64,000 bases of DNA from an uncultured Opitutales bacterium (GTDB lineage: Bacteria; Verrucomicrobiota; Verrucomicrobiia; Opitutales; CAYWEO01): assembly GCA_964457855.1 (NCBI GenBank), contig CAYWEO010000002.1, positions 9,015-73,014 of the forward strand, given 5' to 3'. The notes beneath the pieces are model-generated. The model did no database searches. It was not told the DNA's origin and was given only the letters and a program-made list of their open reading frames with translations. Positions 1 through 7,790 of the stretch are shown here, in pieces. A program made the position numbers and the translations under genes. Position 1 is the first letter of the stretch; the number at the start of each line of letters is the position of its first letter.

Positions 1-524
1 AAGAGTTTTGTCTCTGCCTCAGCATCGCCAACAAACACCTTATCGGTGCGTAAAAAGCTTCTCCCAGTAATAATAGCCCAGCATCCTGGGCTCCCACGGT
101 TAAATTCGAGTCCATAAACGCAATGACTCACCACATGCAACCGATATGAGGCACTCGTATATGGCTTTGATGCTTTGTCCTTAAAAGAGTGATAATCGAA
201 GGGTACCTGAATGCAAAACCTCACAAAATCGGTATTCGCTGGCACTGCACAATCATATTCGTAACAATTTTTTAGAGAGCTACTTCTTTTCATATCATAA
301 TAAACATCGTCGATGATGATTTTCACATGAGTCTTAGCATCACTACCCGCAACGATTGCGCGAATAGGATATTTGTTTGATTCTTGATAACGATATTCGA
401 CGACATTATCCTTTACTGTCTTCCCATCGGGATCCAAAACTTCTATTAAACCTGCACGAACCGTTACCGCACTCGCGCAAATCAAAACACCTAATAAGAA
501 ACTTGATTTATTGAATTGTCTCAT
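1..524 (-). CDS. hypothetical secreted protein; the C-terminal part runs off the left edge (partial)
   Basis: ATG at 524-522 on the minus strand. My manual translation MRQFNKSSFLLGVLICASAVTVRAGLIEVLDPDGKTVKDNVVEYRYQESNKYPIR... stays open to position 3. The N-terminus is hydrophobic and signal-like. It is absent from the ORF track because there is no stop in the window. Confidence 0.45.
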   Translation of the reverse strand, partial: MRQFNKSSFLLGVLICASAVTVRAGLIEVLDPDGKTVKDNVVEYRYQESNKYPIRAIVAGSDAKTHVKIIIDDVYYDMKRSSSLKNCYEYDCAVPANTDFVRFCIQVPFDYHSFKDKASKPYTSASYRLHVVSHCVYGLEFNRGSPGCWAIITGRSFLRTDKVFVGDAEAETKL

Positions 525-737
525 AAAAACGAATGTTAATTATTGAAAGTGCCCGGATGGATATTGGTAGCAAGATAGCTACAAAATCCACTAGCACCAA
601 ACAACTATTTGTGAAGTTTAGTGAAGAATCGTTCAGGAATCAACATCTTTTTTAAAATTTTTGGAATTTCCAAAAATCCAACGAAACCCCCCACCAAAAT
701 CAACAGCTTGTTCAGGAGAAATTTATAGTGTATTGCA

Positions 738-1030
738 CGGAGGGGGTATTTTTTGCAAAAACAACCCACTCTTGAACCCTCTCCTAAAAAACTCTCAGGA
801 CCGCATCAAAAGCTTAAGATGCAAGGTAGGCGCGCAAGGTCGAAGCTGCGGAGCTTACTAAAGGTAAGTAAGTAAGCAAGCCAAGATCCGATGCGCAACC
901 CCCCCTGGCATCTTAAGCTTTTGATGCGGTCCAGCTCGCGCGCCGATCGTTCCATCTCAAAATCAAGGCCGTCCCTTTTACCCAGTATGGGAAAAAATAC
1001 CGTTTTTCTTTGAAAGGTTCGGAAGGCGTT
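738..1030. repeat. repeat locus R1: degenerate H3 half (738-770), FB-alpha variant foldback (798-932), FB and linker fragments to about 1030
   Basis: Perfect 25-bp outer stem GGACCGCATCAAAAGCTTAAGATGC (798-822) / GCATCTTAAGCTTTTGATGCGGTCC (908-932). The core shares AGGCGCGC...GATCCGATGCGCAAC with other FB-alpha copies. The apex is altered (see findings). Confidence 0.85.
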
Positions 1031-1054
1031 GGGACTTTGGGCGTAGTTTCTATT

Positions 1055-1867
1055 TTAGTCCTCTCGGATAAACAAGTCGAACTCAGTGTCGTCTTGGTAG
1101 TCGTGGATGATCTTAACTCCCTTGAGATTTTCGATCATTGCGTGTATCAATTCTGGAGTGATGTTCGTGCCTAATATGGATATCTCTTTGAGCTTTTGAC
1201 CATATTTTATGAGATGATAGGCTGCTGCATCGCCTATGGGCGTCTTATTCACACTGAAAGACGTTATGCTTGGACCATTTTTCAGAATAGTTTCAATGTC
1301 CGAATCCTTCAGCTGCCTACTCCCATCCAAATCCAGAAATTCTATGGTGTTATCTTTGAATGCTTGAATAAGCTCACTCATATATAATTTACCAACTAAT
1401 CTCACGCGATTGCCCTTTGCCTTTTTTGGAGATGGAGCGTTGTACTTTTGTGACTCGTTCATCACTAGCGACCCATCATTGAGTTCTTTCATTATGTCTT
1501 CACATTCTGAGAATTCAGAATCTTCATCGTCGCTGTCAATAGTGCTTACATCATTGTTCGTATTATTGTTGATAGCATTGATAAGACTGAGGTTGTTGAG
1601 AACAATGAGGTTGTTGATAAGATTGAGTTTACTGCTAGGATTGAGGTTATTTATGAAGTTGTTTAGGGCTTTGATGTTATTGTCTATATTGACGCCATTG
1701 TTATTGGGGTTGTTATTGATGGTGTTGTTTCCATTAACAAAATTCCCATTGGAATTCGCATTGCGCATCATTCCGTAGCTATTCGGCATGATGAATCCCG
1801 AGCAGATGCCGACGCATGTTGCGGCAATGAAAAATTGTCTTATTGTGTTTGAGTGTAGTGTAATCAT
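1055..1867 (-). CDS. secreted Asn-rich protein with an LRR-like (leucine-rich-repeat, RNI-type) C-terminus; eukaryote-like effector candidate
   Basis: 270-aa ORF with four parts: a signal-like N-terminus (FFIAATCVGICSGFIM), a long Asn-rich low-complexity tract, an acidic patch DSDDEDSEFSECED, and a C-terminal LRR-like periodicity (LDLDGSRQLKDSDIETILKNGPSITSFSVNKTPIGDAAAYHLIKYGQKLKEISILGTNITPELIHAMIENLKGVKII). It is AT-rich by eye. Confidence 0.6.
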   Translation of the reverse strand: MITLHSNTIRQFFIAATCVGICSGFIMPNSYGMMRNANSNGNFVNGNNTINNNPNNNGVNIDNNIKALNNFINNLNPSSKLNLINNLIVLNNLSLINAINNNTNNDVSTIDSDDEDSEFSECEDIMKELNDGSLVMNESQKYNAPSPKKAKGNRVRLVGKLYMSELIQAFKDNTIEFLDLDGSRQLKDSDIETILKNGPSITSFSVNKTPIGDAAAYHLIKYGQKLKEISILGTNITPELIHAMIENLKGVKIIHDYQDDTEFDLFIRED

Positions 1868-2052
1868 AGTTGTGTCCTCTTTAGTTAAATTTGCTTCAGT
1901 TGAAACAAATAAATTGTAGTTTATGTTCGCATATGGAAGTCGCGTTTTTAAAGACTGTCAAGTCTTATTACTGATTTTTCTCACTAAAAGTCAGAAAAAA
2001 ACTTCCCTTGTTCTCTAAAACGCGATAGGATTGAGGTAACCAAGGTTGTTTT

Positions 2053-2706
2053 ATGCAAAAGTCGAATTCTGGAAAATTGTTGTTTACGTTTGTGTTAAGT
2101 GCTGGGTTTTTATGCATTTCGCTCTTCTGTTTCAGTGCGTTTTTGGCCTTCAAGCACGCTCCTCATCATGCCATGCACAATCATCACGTTCCAATGGCAT
2201 CGACTGCGCAAGAGGCGGTTGCACGTTCGTTATTTTCTGCACACAAGTCGCCTAAAGCCGACTACGCCGATAGCGCCGCACGCGCGCAAAGTTCTTTTAG
2301 ATCAAGGGTTTTCGTGCAACAATTCCCCCACTACGCCTCGCATATAGCCATTCAGGGCATTAAGAATTTCTATAACAACACCCTCACAGCTTTATGGAGC
2401 CCGCAATCGACGGATCTTTCTGTCGCGCAAGCAGTTAACGGAATAAAAGTCTTGGAAGAAACTGCCATAGCATCCCTTGCGCCGAAGGGCCCCACCCACG
2501 ATCAAGAATTGTCTCATTTCGTTAATCAATCCAACGTCTCGAGCGTTTACGTCAACGGTGACACAAGCAAAATCAGGATGAACCAAGATATGTTTTCCTT
2601 GAATGCGATCGTTCACTCCAAGAACAAGTTGCGTTTGACAGAGATTGCTCAGGACTCGATTGTTTTTACCGATGAAAATGGCTTGATATACGAAAAATCG
2701 CTGTAA
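2053..2706 (+). CDS. membrane-anchored hypothetical protein, possibly a GspC/PilP-like secretion or pilus accessory protein
   Basis: 217-aa ORF with one N-terminal TM segment (LLFTFVLSAGFLCISLFCFSAFLAF). Its stop is 2 nt before the GspF-like start, which suggests translational coupling. The function is guessed from context only. Confidence 0.5.
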   Translation: MQKSNSGKLLFTFVLSAGFLCISLFCFSAFLAFKHAPHHAMHNHHVPMASTAQEAVARSLFSAHKSPKADYADSAARAQSSFRSRVFVQQFPHYASHIAIQGIKNFYNNTLTALWSPQSTDLSVAQAVNGIKVLEETAIASLAPKGPTHDQELSHFVNQSNVSSVYVNGDTSKIRMNQDMFSLNAIVHSKNKLRLTEIAQDSIVFTDENGLIYEKSL

Positions 2707-2708
2707 AA

Positions 2709-3944
2709 ATGCCGCTTTTCCACTATTCAGCTATCGACAAGGACGGCGTCGAGAAACAAGGCACGCTTTGGTCCAAAAGTCACACAACGGTAACGAAAAA
2801 GCTGCTCGATCGTAAGTGTGTGATTATCAGCATCGAAACGTGTGATCGCAAGAGTACTTTTGTCGAAAAAATCAAGTCGTTCAGCGGTCTTTTCACGCAA
2901 CCGGTATCGAAAAAAATCCTGCTGTCATTTACGCAACAACTCACCATTCTCCTTCAATCCAAAATTCCCCTTCTCGATTCCCTGCAAATCACTCTGGCGC
3001 AAACGAAAAACGCCTCCCTAAAAATTGCTCTAGACTCCATTTTATCTCATCTGAAAAATGGGTCACGATTTTCCCAAGAATTGCAGGCTTTCCCGAAGAT
3101 TTTTGACGACTTTTACATCAGTATGGTCATTTGTGGGGAAAAATCCGGCCATTTGGAGAAGACGTTACCGAAAATCTGCGAACTCATCGAACGTCGTATT
3201 CGCACACGCAAAAGTATCCAGCTCGCAATGATTTACCCCAGCTTTGTCATCTCTCTGGCGATGACCGTAGCGTACCTGTTCATTCTGTACGTTGTTCCAA
3301 AATTCCAGGCCGTTTTCTTCCAAAATACGTCCATGAAAGTCCCTCCTTTCACGGCCTTTATCTTCGACTCAAGCCGCTGGCTGCAGGAGCATTCTCTCTC
3401 AGTACTGGTGACTGTCATCATCGTCCTGAGCGTCATTGCCCTTTTCATCCTAAAATCCTCCAATCAGGCACTTTTGAGCAACACGCTCATCAAACTGCCC
3501 TACATCGGACGCTTTTTCCAGCTGTTCACGCTCAACATTTTTTGCTACAACTTGAGCCTCTTCCTCAACAACGGAATTCCCATTCTCACTGCCCTGGAAC
3601 TCATTCAAAAGGCCATCAAATTCAAAAATTACCAGAATGCCCTCATGGCCGTTCGCGCAACCCTCAGCAACGGAATCGCCCTTTCCGATGCCCTCTCCAT
3701 CCACCACACCCTATTTCCGCCCATCACCATCCATCTCATCAAAATCGGCGAGGAAACCGGAAAATTGAACGGCATTCTCCATAAACTAGCCGAACAGTTC
3801 GAGCTCGAGTACCAACAAATGATCAAGCAATTCCTCACCCTCCTCGAACCCGCCCTCATCATCGCCCTAGCTCTCTTCATCGGCATCATGATTCTGTCGC
3901 TGTTTATACCCCTGTCGCAACTCCTGCAAAATTCCTTCGTTTAG
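2709..3944 (+). CDS. type II secretion system F / type IV pilus PilC-family inner-membrane platform protein
   Basis: 411 aa. The N-terminus is typical (MPLFHYSAIDKDGVEKQGTL), there are two T2SS-F-like repeats (FTQQLTILLQSKIPLLDSLQI ... LSLFLNNGIPILTALELI), and there are three TM segments. Confidence 0.85.
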   Translation: MPLFHYSAIDKDGVEKQGTLWSKSHTTVTKKLLDRKCVIISIETCDRKSTFVEKIKSFSGLFTQPVSKKILLSFTQQLTILLQSKIPLLDSLQITLAQTKNASLKIALDSILSHLKNGSRFSQELQAFPKIFDDFYISMVICGEKSGHLEKTLPKICELIERRIRTRKSIQLAMIYPSFVISLAMTVAYLFILYVVPKFQAVFFQNTSMKVPPFTAFIFDSSRWLQEHSLSVLVTVIIVLSVIALFILKSSNQALLSNTLIKLPYIGRFFQLFTLNIFCYNLSLFLNNGIPILTALELIQKAIKFKNYQNALMAVRATLSNGIALSDALSIHHTLFPPITIHLIKIGEETGKLNGILHKLAEQFELEYQQMIKQFLTLLEPALIIALALFIGIMILSLFIPLSQLLQNSFV

Positions 3945-3952
3945 GAATGCCC

Positions 3953-4202
3953 CGCTTTTGAGCGGCGGGTTCTTTGCGCTCGGCATCAATGCCATCACGT
4001 ACGTTAGTACGCTCAGGCATCTTGTCCTCGCGCGCTCGTCATCTTAAGCTAGATAGTTTCTAACGTTTTATAGAACTTTTCATGGAAAGTCGCATCGGGA
4101 GGCATTTTTTGGCACGTAGTGCCAAAAAATGCCTCCCGAATAAAAATTTTTAGGGGGAAGGGTTCGGGAACCCCCCTTTTTTACAAAAAAGGGGGGTTCC
4201 CG
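3953..4202. repeat. repeat locus R2: FB-alpha in reverse orientation (3953-4050), degenerate H1, H2 (4095-4139), H3 variant (4165-4202)
   Basis: CATCACGTACGTTAGTACGCTCAG apex. H2 has a 21-bp stem TCGGGAGGCATTTTTTGGCAC/GTGCCAAAAAATGCCTCCCGA. H3 is CGGGAACCCCCCTTTTTT/AAAAAAGGGGGGTTCCCG. Confidence 0.9.
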
Positions 4203-4271
4203 GGAAAAACACCCCACGTTGCACAAAACCTTGCATTTTCGGATCATTAGCCTTAGGTTTTGTTATTCATT

Positions 4272-5684
4272 ATGGCTGTACGTCTTTACAATACGCTTTC
4301 TCGCACCATCGAGCCGTTGACCTTTGGGAAGTCAGGGGAGAACTTCAATGTTTACTGTTGCGGACCAACGGTTTATGGGCCTGCGCACATAGGTAATTTC
4401 CGGACATTTGTATTGCAAGATGTTCTACGACGCGTATTGGAAGTTGATAGACTTAAACCGTTCTGGGTTAGGAACTTAACGGATGTTGATGATAAAACGA
4501 TCCGTGGGGCGCAACAAGAGGGTGTTTCATTGCAAGAATTTACGCAAAAATGGGCGGAGCGTTTCCATCATGATTGCGATCAACTGAACTTGTTACGTCC
4601 GCACAGAGAACCCTTGGCGACAGAGCATATCGCTATGCAAATCAACATCATACAAGGTTTACTGGACAAGGGATACGCGTATGCAGCGGAGGACGGGATT
4701 TATTTCAAAGTGAGCGCTTTTGAAAATTATGGAAAATTGTCCCGTATTGAAGCAAAAAGCCTTCTGAGTGAAGGAGTTGAGCGGCATTCCCAGGACGAGT
4801 ACGGCCGGGAAAGCGTGCGGGATTTTGCTCTTTGGAAGTCGTATAAGCCGACCGATGGCGACGTCTATTGGGAAAGTCCGTGGGGGCGTGGGCGTCCGGG
4901 TTGGCATATTGAGTGCACGGCGATGTCGATTCAACACCTGGGTGGCAACATTGATTTGCATGGAGGCGGCATCGATCTCTGCTTTCCGCACCACGAGAAC
5001 GAAATTGCGCAATCGGAGGCGTTTTTGGGTGAGCCATGGGTTCGCCATTGGTTTCACGTGGCTCATTTGATGGTTAACGGTGAGAAAATGTCGAAGAGTT
5101 TGGGTAATTTGTGGACGCTGGAAGACATTGTTAATAAGGGCTATTCGGTCGCGGCGTTGCGTTATTTGCTGATTTCTGGGCACTACCATCAAACATTAAA
5201 TTTTACGTTCGAGGGCCTTTCTGCGGCGGAGAAAGCCGTCGCAAAACTGGAGCGTTTCGTCGAGGAAAATCTTGGGCGGGAATCTATTATCGATGATCCA
5301 AAGAGTTCGCAAAAAGTCCCAAAATTGCCCGAAAAATGGCAGTTTTTTGGCGATTGTTGGGACAGTTTGACAAACAACCTCAATACTCCGGAAGCGCTTG
5401 GGCTGTTGTTTAAAAAAATAGGGTCCATTAACGGCTTAACGCCATCTGAAAGGGATATCTGCGCGGCAGAATTGCGAGTGGTTCTTTACGGATTTGGTGT
5501 AAAGTTGTTTGATAAGAAGGAGTTAGTTGTTCCGCAAGAAATTCAGTTGTTGGCTGAAAAACGTTGGCAGGCAAAGAATGATCGTAAATTTGAAGAATCA
5601 GATCGTTTGCGTAAGGAGCTTTTAGCGCTCGGCTGGAACGTGTTAGATCAGAAAGATGGCTATCAACTGGAGAAGCAAAAGTGA
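4272..5684 (+). CDS. cysS: cysteine--tRNA ligase
   Basis: HIGH-type motif GPAHIGNFRT, KMSKS motif GEKMSKSLGN, and CGWHIEC-like PGWHIECTAM. The track ORF begins at TTG 4260; the ATG at 4272 (MAVRLYNTLS) fits homologs. Confidence 0.95.
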   Translation: MAVRLYNTLSRTIEPLTFGKSGENFNVYCCGPTVYGPAHIGNFRTFVLQDVLRRVLEVDRLKPFWVRNLTDVDDKTIRGAQQEGVSLQEFTQKWAERFHHDCDQLNLLRPHREPLATEHIAMQINIIQGLLDKGYAYAAEDGIYFKVSAFENYGKLSRIEAKSLLSEGVERHSQDEYGRESVRDFALWKSYKPTDGDVYWESPWGRGRPGWHIECTAMSIQHLGGNIDLHGGGIDLCFPHHENEIAQSEAFLGEPWVRHWFHVAHLMVNGEKMSKSLGNLWTLEDIVNKGYSVAALRYLLISGHYHQTLNFTFEGLSAAEKAVAKLERFVEENLGRESIIDDPKSSQKVPKLPEKWQFFGDCWDSLTNNLNTPEALGLLFKKIGSINGLTPSERDICAAELRVVLYGFGVKLFDKKELVVPQEIQLLAEKRWQAKNDRKFEESDRLRKELLALGWNVLDQKDGYQLEKQK

Positions 5685-6772
5685 CCGCGCAGTCTTTTTA
5701 CGAGCAAGATTCGGATGCCCTTTGGAAAAACCTACAAGTTGTTGCTAGCCAAGCGAATATTCCGCTGGAGGCGTACAGGATTCGGCAGATAAAAGATTGG
5801 GCTTACTGTCGACGAATAGCGTCATGGGATTTGGCGGCAAATCTGCCTAAACCCTTGCGCCAGTTGATGATAGGGCGGTATTATTTACGTTCTGCGGAGT
5901 GTGTTTTGTCGGAAAAATCGTCAGATTCGACGGAAAAATTCCTCTTGAAACTGCGTGATGGTGCCCTCATCGAATCGGTGGTGATTTGCGATGGCGAGAG
6001 GCGGACATTATGTGTGTCGTCGCAGGTGGGTTGCGCGTACGGATGTCGCTTTTGCGCTTCTGGATTAAGGGGTTACGAGAGAAATTTGAGCACAGATGAA
6101 ATTTTGTCTCAAGTGCTGGTTGTTGAAGATGTCCTTGTCACAAGGGGACTTGCGAAGCAAAGCGATCACCTGTTGCTAGACAACATTGTGTACATGGGTA
6201 TGGGCGAACCTTTGGCGAATCGCGAGAATGTTGAGGCGTCGATTAAGATTTTGAACGCGCGGTTTCATTTTGGAGCTCGGCGCATAACGGTTTCGACGTC
6301 CGGTGTGGTTGACGAAATGGACGTTTTGGCGAAAAATCCCCTGCAGTTTCGGCTTGCCGTGAGTTTGCACGCGACGAGAAATGACGTGCGCGACGCCATC
6401 ATGCCCGTAAACAAAAAATATCCGTTGGAGAAGCTGTTGCAGGCAATTGAACGGTTTTCGCAGACCCACCACGGAATGGTGACGCTCGAATATATTTTGA
6501 TCAAGGGGCTCAACGATTCTCTCACGGATGCCCGCGAGTTGAGCGCAATTGCGAAAAAATTGCACGCACACGTGAATTTAATTCCCTACAACCCAATCGA
6601 AGAATTCGCTTGGGAACGGCCTTCCGTCAGAGAATGTACCGCTTTTTTTGATGTTTTGCAAAATTGCGGCATATCCTCAACCTTGCGCAGAGAAAAAGGT
6701 TGCGGAATCAACGCCGCTTGTGGACAATTACGTCTAAGGGGGATGGTCGTTAAGGCGCCGGCGGAGAAGTAG
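5681..6772 (+). CDS. rlmN: 23S rRNA/tRNA adenine-C2 methyltransferase, radical SAM
   Basis: CxxxCxxC radical SAM motif (GCAYGCRFCASG). Length and the C-terminal CGQL motif (INAACGQLR) fit. It has a 4-nt overlap with cysS. Confidence 0.9.
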   Translation: MTAQSFYEQDSDALWKNLQVVASQANIPLEAYRIRQIKDWAYCRRIASWDLAANLPKPLRQLMIGRYYLRSAECVLSEKSSDSTEKFLLKLRDGALIESVVICDGERRTLCVSSQVGCAYGCRFCASGLRGYERNLSTDEILSQVLVVEDVLVTRGLAKQSDHLLLDNIVYMGMGEPLANRENVEASIKILNARFHFGARRITVSTSGVVDEMDVLAKNPLQFRLAVSLHATRNDVRDAIMPVNKKYPLEKLLQAIERFSQTHHGMVTLEYILIKGLNDSLTDARELSAIAKKLHAHVNLIPYNPIEEFAWERPSVRECTAFFDVLQNCGISSTLRREKGCGINAACGQLRLRGMVVKAPAEK

Positions 6773-6780
6773 GAGAATAA

Positions 6781-6951
6781 TTCGGAAAACTTTCTTTTCA
6801 GAAGAAAAGAAAAGTTTTCCGAACCTTTCAAAGAAAAGTCGCATCGGAAGGCATTTTTATGGCACGGAGTGCCAAAAAATGCCTTCCGAATAAGAGTTTT
6901 TTCAGGGGAGGTCCGGAGGGGGTTGTTTTTGCAAAAAATACCCCCTCCGGA
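6781..6951 (+). repeat. repeat locus R3: complete H1 (6781-6823), H2 (6844-6889), H3 (6912-6951) array
   Basis: Three consecutive palindromes with the conserved linkers CCTTTCAAAGAAAAGTCGCA and ATAAGAGTTTTTTCAGGGGAGG. The array fills the rlmN-MBL gap. Confidence 0.95.
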
Positions 6952-6979
6952 AAACTCCAACCATCTACATACAATCACT

Positions 6980-7729
6980 ATGAATTTTAAATTTCAGATC
7001 CTTGGCAGCAGCAGTTCGGGAAATTGTGCCCTTTTGGAATCGTCGGAGGGGTGTTTTTTGATCGACGCCGGCTTTAGCGCGAAACGCATCGGGGAGTTGT
7101 TGGGGAATGTCGGGAAAGAAATGGGCGATATCGTGGGGATTTTTTTGACACACGAACACAGCGATCATGCGGAGGGCTTGCGAGGAATTTCGCGAAAATG
7201 GGATATCCCGTGTTTTGCAAATGCACCTACGGCAAAGGCTGTCCAGTCGCGTTTAGGCAAAGAGGCGAATTGGAAGATTTTTGAGACTGGAAAGTGCTTT
7301 CAGCACAAAGACTTACAAGTCAAAACCTTCGCGATTCCGCACGATGCTTACGAGCCTGTGGGGTTTGTCATCAAGATCGGCAACGAAAGTCTCGCTTGGG
7401 CTACAGATCTCGGCTACGTTTCCCCGATGGTTGCTGAACACGTTTGCGCAGTGGATGTTCTCGTTATCGAAGCAAATCACGATATCGCTCTGTTGCAACA
7501 AGATACCAAGCGCCCCTGGAGCGTCAAACAACGCGTTCTTGGACGCCATGGACACTTGTCCAACGACGCAACATTCGCCTTCATCGAGAAAACCCCACAC
7601 GCCTCCTGGAAAAAGATCTACCTCGCCCACCTCAGCCAAGACTGCAACGACGTGCGCATTGTTGACAAACTTTTCGAGCCCATACGGCAGCGAGGTTTAG
7701 ACGTCAAAGTGGTCGATCCGAAGGGGTAG
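6980..7729 (+). CDS. MBL-fold metallo-hydrolase
   Basis: HxHxDH motif (LTHEHSDHAEG). Start moved to ATG 6980 (MNFKFQILGSSSSGNC) because 6869-6979 is H2/H3 repeat sequence. Confidence 0.85.
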   Translation: MNFKFQILGSSSSGNCALLESSEGCFLIDAGFSAKRIGELLGNVGKEMGDIVGIFLTHEHSDHAEGLRGISRKWDIPCFANAPTAKAVQSRLGKEANWKIFETGKCFQHKDLQVKTFAIPHDAYEPVGFVIKIGNESLAWATDLGYVSPMVAEHVCAVDVLVIEANHDIALLQQDTKRPWSVKQRVLGRHGHLSNDATFAFIEKTPHASWKKIYLAHLSQDCNDVRIVDKLFEPIRQRGLDVKVVDPKG

Positions 7730-7743
7730 GGTGGGGGGTATTT

Positions 7744-7782
7744 CCGGGAAACCTTCTTTTCTTCTGCAAAGAAGGTTCTCCG
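7744..7782. repeat. repeat locus R4: single hybrid H3/H1-like hairpin between convergent genes, possibly a bidirectional terminator
   Basis: CCGGGAAACCTTCTTT-loop-AAAGAAGGTTCTCCGG, sitting between the MBL stop (7729) and the secretin stop (7791). Confidence 0.7.
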
Positions 7783-7790
7783 GTTTTCTT

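Noticed and set aside
657-677. The palindrome ATTTTTGGAA-T-TTCCAAAAAT as an independent terminator.
   Set aside because: It looks like a decayed H2 apex (compare CATTTTTTGGCAC...GTGCCAAAAAATG) within repeat-rich locus R1, so I fold it into the repeat family rather than calling a terminator.
4112-4126. TGGCAC inside every H2 hairpin (TTGGCACGTAGTGCCAA) as possible dispersed sigma54 -24 elements.
   Set aside because: The required TTGC/GC at +12 is absent: the sequence continues GTAGTGCCA. The motif is simply the H2 stem. Only the two non-repeat sites at hsp20 and dnaK have the full TGGCACG-N4-TTGCT.
5051-5060. A parS-like sequence GTTTCACGTG, in view of the nearby parB.
   Set aside because: Only one half of the 16-bp palindrome TGTTTCACGTGAAACA is present (it continues GCTCAT), and it lies inside the cysS coding sequence. 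I saw no full parS in the window.
6781-6951. Whether the dense short palindromes could be a CRISPR array.
   Set aside because: There is no tandem series of one identical direct repeat separated by unique spacers of similar length. Three different palindromes alternate with conserved linkers and are scattered in single arrays across 22 loci. No cas genes are present.
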